In this document: one piece after another, positions 61,171-64,000 of the stretch | How the letters are laid out: every line of letters starts with the position of its first letter | How positions within the stretch are numbered: the first letter of the stretch is position 1 | Source: Squalus acanthias | Taxonomy: Eukaryota | Reading direction: 5' to 3' | DNA length: 64,000 bases | Assembly: GCA_030390025.1 (NCBI GenBank) | Contig: CM059432.1 | Span: 49,974,001 to 50,038,000, forward strand | Made by a program: the position numbers and the translations under genes | Notes under the pieces: generated by a model | Told to the model about the DNA's origin: nothing | Seen by the model: only the letters and a program-made list of their open reading frames with translations | The model's database searches: none

Positions 61171-63086
61171 TATTGCTGTTGTCAGACCAAAACATGCTGA
61201 GAGATACAGGTTATCACAGCTTAGAGAAACATGCTGGAACTTGCATTTTACTATTAGAAAATGTCACAAGGCTATCTTCTGTAATCTTCCCTTTAACATT
61301 GTTAGTTACAAAAACTTTACAAAGTCAGCAAAAGTCTGTTAACCTACTTGAATTACACATGAGATTCTGCAAAAGCTTAAAGCATGCTGTGGGGTAAATT
61401 TTCACTTTCGGTAGTGTTGAGCAACAGGCAGTATCAGATCAGCCACTGCATATACACCCAACTTGATTTTCCTTTCCATTGACTTAAGTGGAAAGGAAAA
61501 TTGGGTACGTTTAACAGGCACCTAATCCACAACTGCCTGTTTTTCGCCCTCGGAGATTTTGTCCGCGCAAGTGAGAGATCCTCTTCGCCTACAGCAGCCC
61601 TGGAGGGAGATATCTGAGCAAGTGAACGCAGTCAAACTCCCCCCAAGACATGGTTTCAGTGCTGTAGAAGTTTAATGATGTGACATTCTGGGCCAAGCTA
61701 AGATTTAGTTCTTGCGATGTCTCATTTTCTGCACCACACATTGCCACAGCACTTTCCTTGCTCCCCCAAGCACTCCGATCTACCTCTCCACTTGCTTCTA
61801 CTCTAATTAGTAATAGGCGCTCAGTCTACCCACCTTCAGGTTTCAGCTGCACGAACAGCAGCTGCTGCTGCCCTCACAGCAGGCACATGCAGCATATTGC
61901 TATCACCCGGTTGCACTGGGAAAGGTAGGCACTCTGCTGGTATTTGCCAGTAAATGTCACCCTCCTGCTGATTTCCTGCTCTGTGACATCTCCCTATCCC
62001 GCGCACTGTTTGCTGCATATCACACTCACCATCTACACATCAGCATGCCTCACACAACTCAACAAACCTTTGCTGCAGCCACACATTAATAAGCTCACCT
62101 TCTTTCTGCAGGACAACTTGGCACACAATAACCATGAATGGATGAGAGTAGGATTCCATGGAGCAGAAAGCCCTGGAGACTGTGGACACAGGCCTCCCAC
62201 AGAGCATCGGGGATGCATTCCCTGTCTAGCCTGTCAATTCCCTTCATTATTTTAAGCACCTCTTATCGTAGCTGAGTCCATTCATTCCAGGTATCATTCT
62301 CGTGAATTGTCAGCGAACTTTCTCCAAGGCCGTTATAAATTTGCTGAAGAAAGTCCTCAAAACTGAACACAATGGCCTAGATTTTACAAACTGTTATCCC
62401 TGATCAACAAGTTTAACAGATTGAAATGCAGTCCAGAAAAAAGGGGCAGAGCTCCGTGAAGGTTTGCGTTAGCATTTAGAGGCCATTTATGTAACCTTTT
62501 CCTCATTTATTTATTTTTCTCTATCCACTTAGCTTGTTGGGTACTTTTGTACTAAATGTTGGGACACTACCATTTTTGCCAACATCAACAATAATAGCAA
62601 GATGTGTTTTTTCATGTGAATCTCCCTTTACTTTATTTTGAGACAAAGAATAAGACCAACGCAAGGATATCAAGCTGCGCCCAAAGTGTCCTGCGACCGC
62701 CCACTGGTACCCTCACTCCTGCATCTGTAGGGGCACGTACCTCCAATTGTCAGAGCAGCAGTGTCTGTGCAGGCTTAGCTTTACAACAAAGGTTATTAGA
62801 GAGTTATGTGGCATGCACTAAGGTGAGCTGCAGCCAAATTCCACCACAGGCATGATGGTCAAGGTCGCAACCATTTTTAATTTTCCTGCTCAGGATCAAT
62901 TCAGGTTACCAGTGGAAATATTAGCAACATAAGCCAGTCAGTTGTCCATAGATGTATAATGCATGTGACCAGTGCCTTATTTTGCTTAAGCAATACATTT
63001 CATCTCCTTCCCCAGCGACAACTGGCAGCATAACAAAAATGTTTTAGAGGTAATGTTAGAGTGATAGGATTCCCACAGGTCCAGGG

Positions 63087-63150
63087 GAGTATAGGCTGAA
63101 TCATGTGTAGTATAGGTTGAATCATGTGGAGTATAGGTTGAATCATGTGG
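63087..63150. repeat. 21-bp tandem repeat x3
   Basis: AGTATAGG(C/T)TGAATCATGTG(T/G) three times. Confidence 0.9.
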
Positions 63151-63557
63151 CAATAGCTCACAACATGATCTATTGCACAATGTCACTAGTTACAAGTTGA
63201 AAATGAATATACACTGTAGACTGTTCTGTGCTCCCACACTCCTAGCAGGAAAGCTGAACCTGCAGGGAGCACAGGTCAAATATAAGACTAGAACATTGTA
63301 GCCCCGATTCTCTGAGCTGTGCTTCCTGCTAGCGTGGCTCTCCCCTGGGAATGTGGATAATAGAATTACCCCTTATGAATGTTCAGCTTGTTTGCAACCA
63401 ATAGCATTAAGTTAGGCAAGTACATATTCACTTCCCATAGGACGATTGAATACATTAAGGGCGTGAGCAAAAGAACACGTCCAGATGAAGGTCGGATGTT
63501 GGAAGTCATTATGGTCATTCATGGTAAGCACTTTAACATAATGTAAGGGGGAGGTAT

Positions 63558-64000
63558 GGGCTGGATTTTCATTGACCCGTGGAGGTGGGTTTGGAGGCGT
63601 GTGGGGGGTTAAAATTGCGAAAACTGGCGGGCGGGCACAAGCCCGCCTCCATCCCGCTTCCACGCAATTTTCATTAAATCGTGTCTGCTGGTCCCGACTC
63701 CGTCCCGCCTCTAAGAGGCGGGATAGGCTGTTAAGGCCCTTAACAAGCACTAAATTGCCTCTATAATGCCATTTTGAAAGGCCTTTGTGATTTTAACCCT
63801 TTTTCTACGTGAAGCACGCCTGTTCTGAACCACGAATGTGAAACCTGGCAGGAGCACATTTGGATAGCTGACTATCGCTGGCTGGCTGGCTGGCTGATCT
63901 GGGAGTGGTGGTGGATGGGAGACATATCTGGGAGTGGTGGTGCAAAAATATCTGGGAGCAGACTTAGGGCTGCTGCTGCTCATTTTGTATCCAGGTCCTC
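63558..64000 (+). mobile_element. Start of a Harbinger-like element
   Basis: GGGCTGGATTTT TIR-like start and GGCGGG/CCCGCC subterminal motifs as at 52661. Confidence 0.45.

Noticed and set aside
63087..63150. CRISPR-like array
   Set aside because: Head-to-tail repeats with no spacers in vertebrate DNA; the same applies to 25252-25363, 37991-38098 and 42124-42240.

Overview
Eukaryotic, repeat-saturated, apparently gene-free genomic DNA, most likely from a shark or other cartilaginous fish (HE1-type V-SINE, Deu-type SINE, HER1-like CR1 LINEs). No host protein-coding exon, rRNA/tRNA gene or CRISPR array could be supported. The centre is a young 10.6-kb endogenous retrovirus-like element on the minus strand (32947-43576). 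It has ~98% identical LTRs, a CCAC target-site duplication (TSD), a tRNA-Ser primer binding site and a polypurine tract. It has no recognisable PR/RT, carries two tandem diverged tether-RNase H-integrase modules, and has a collapsed env. Nested in it is a nearly intact 4.1-kb PIF/Harbinger transposon (37249-41395, TTA TSD) with an open 3-exon Myb/SANT gene and a transposase broken by one nonsense codon. The rest is layered CR1 (including one full-length copy with an esterase ORF1), L2, Vingi-like and Penelope retroelements, Harbinger relics and MITEs, SINEs and a solo LTR. Four minimal type I hammerhead ribozyme motifs sit in Penelope-type terminal repeats; two are interrupted by later insertions in the catalytic core. 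All calls come from manual reading, and boundaries of degraded elements are approximate.
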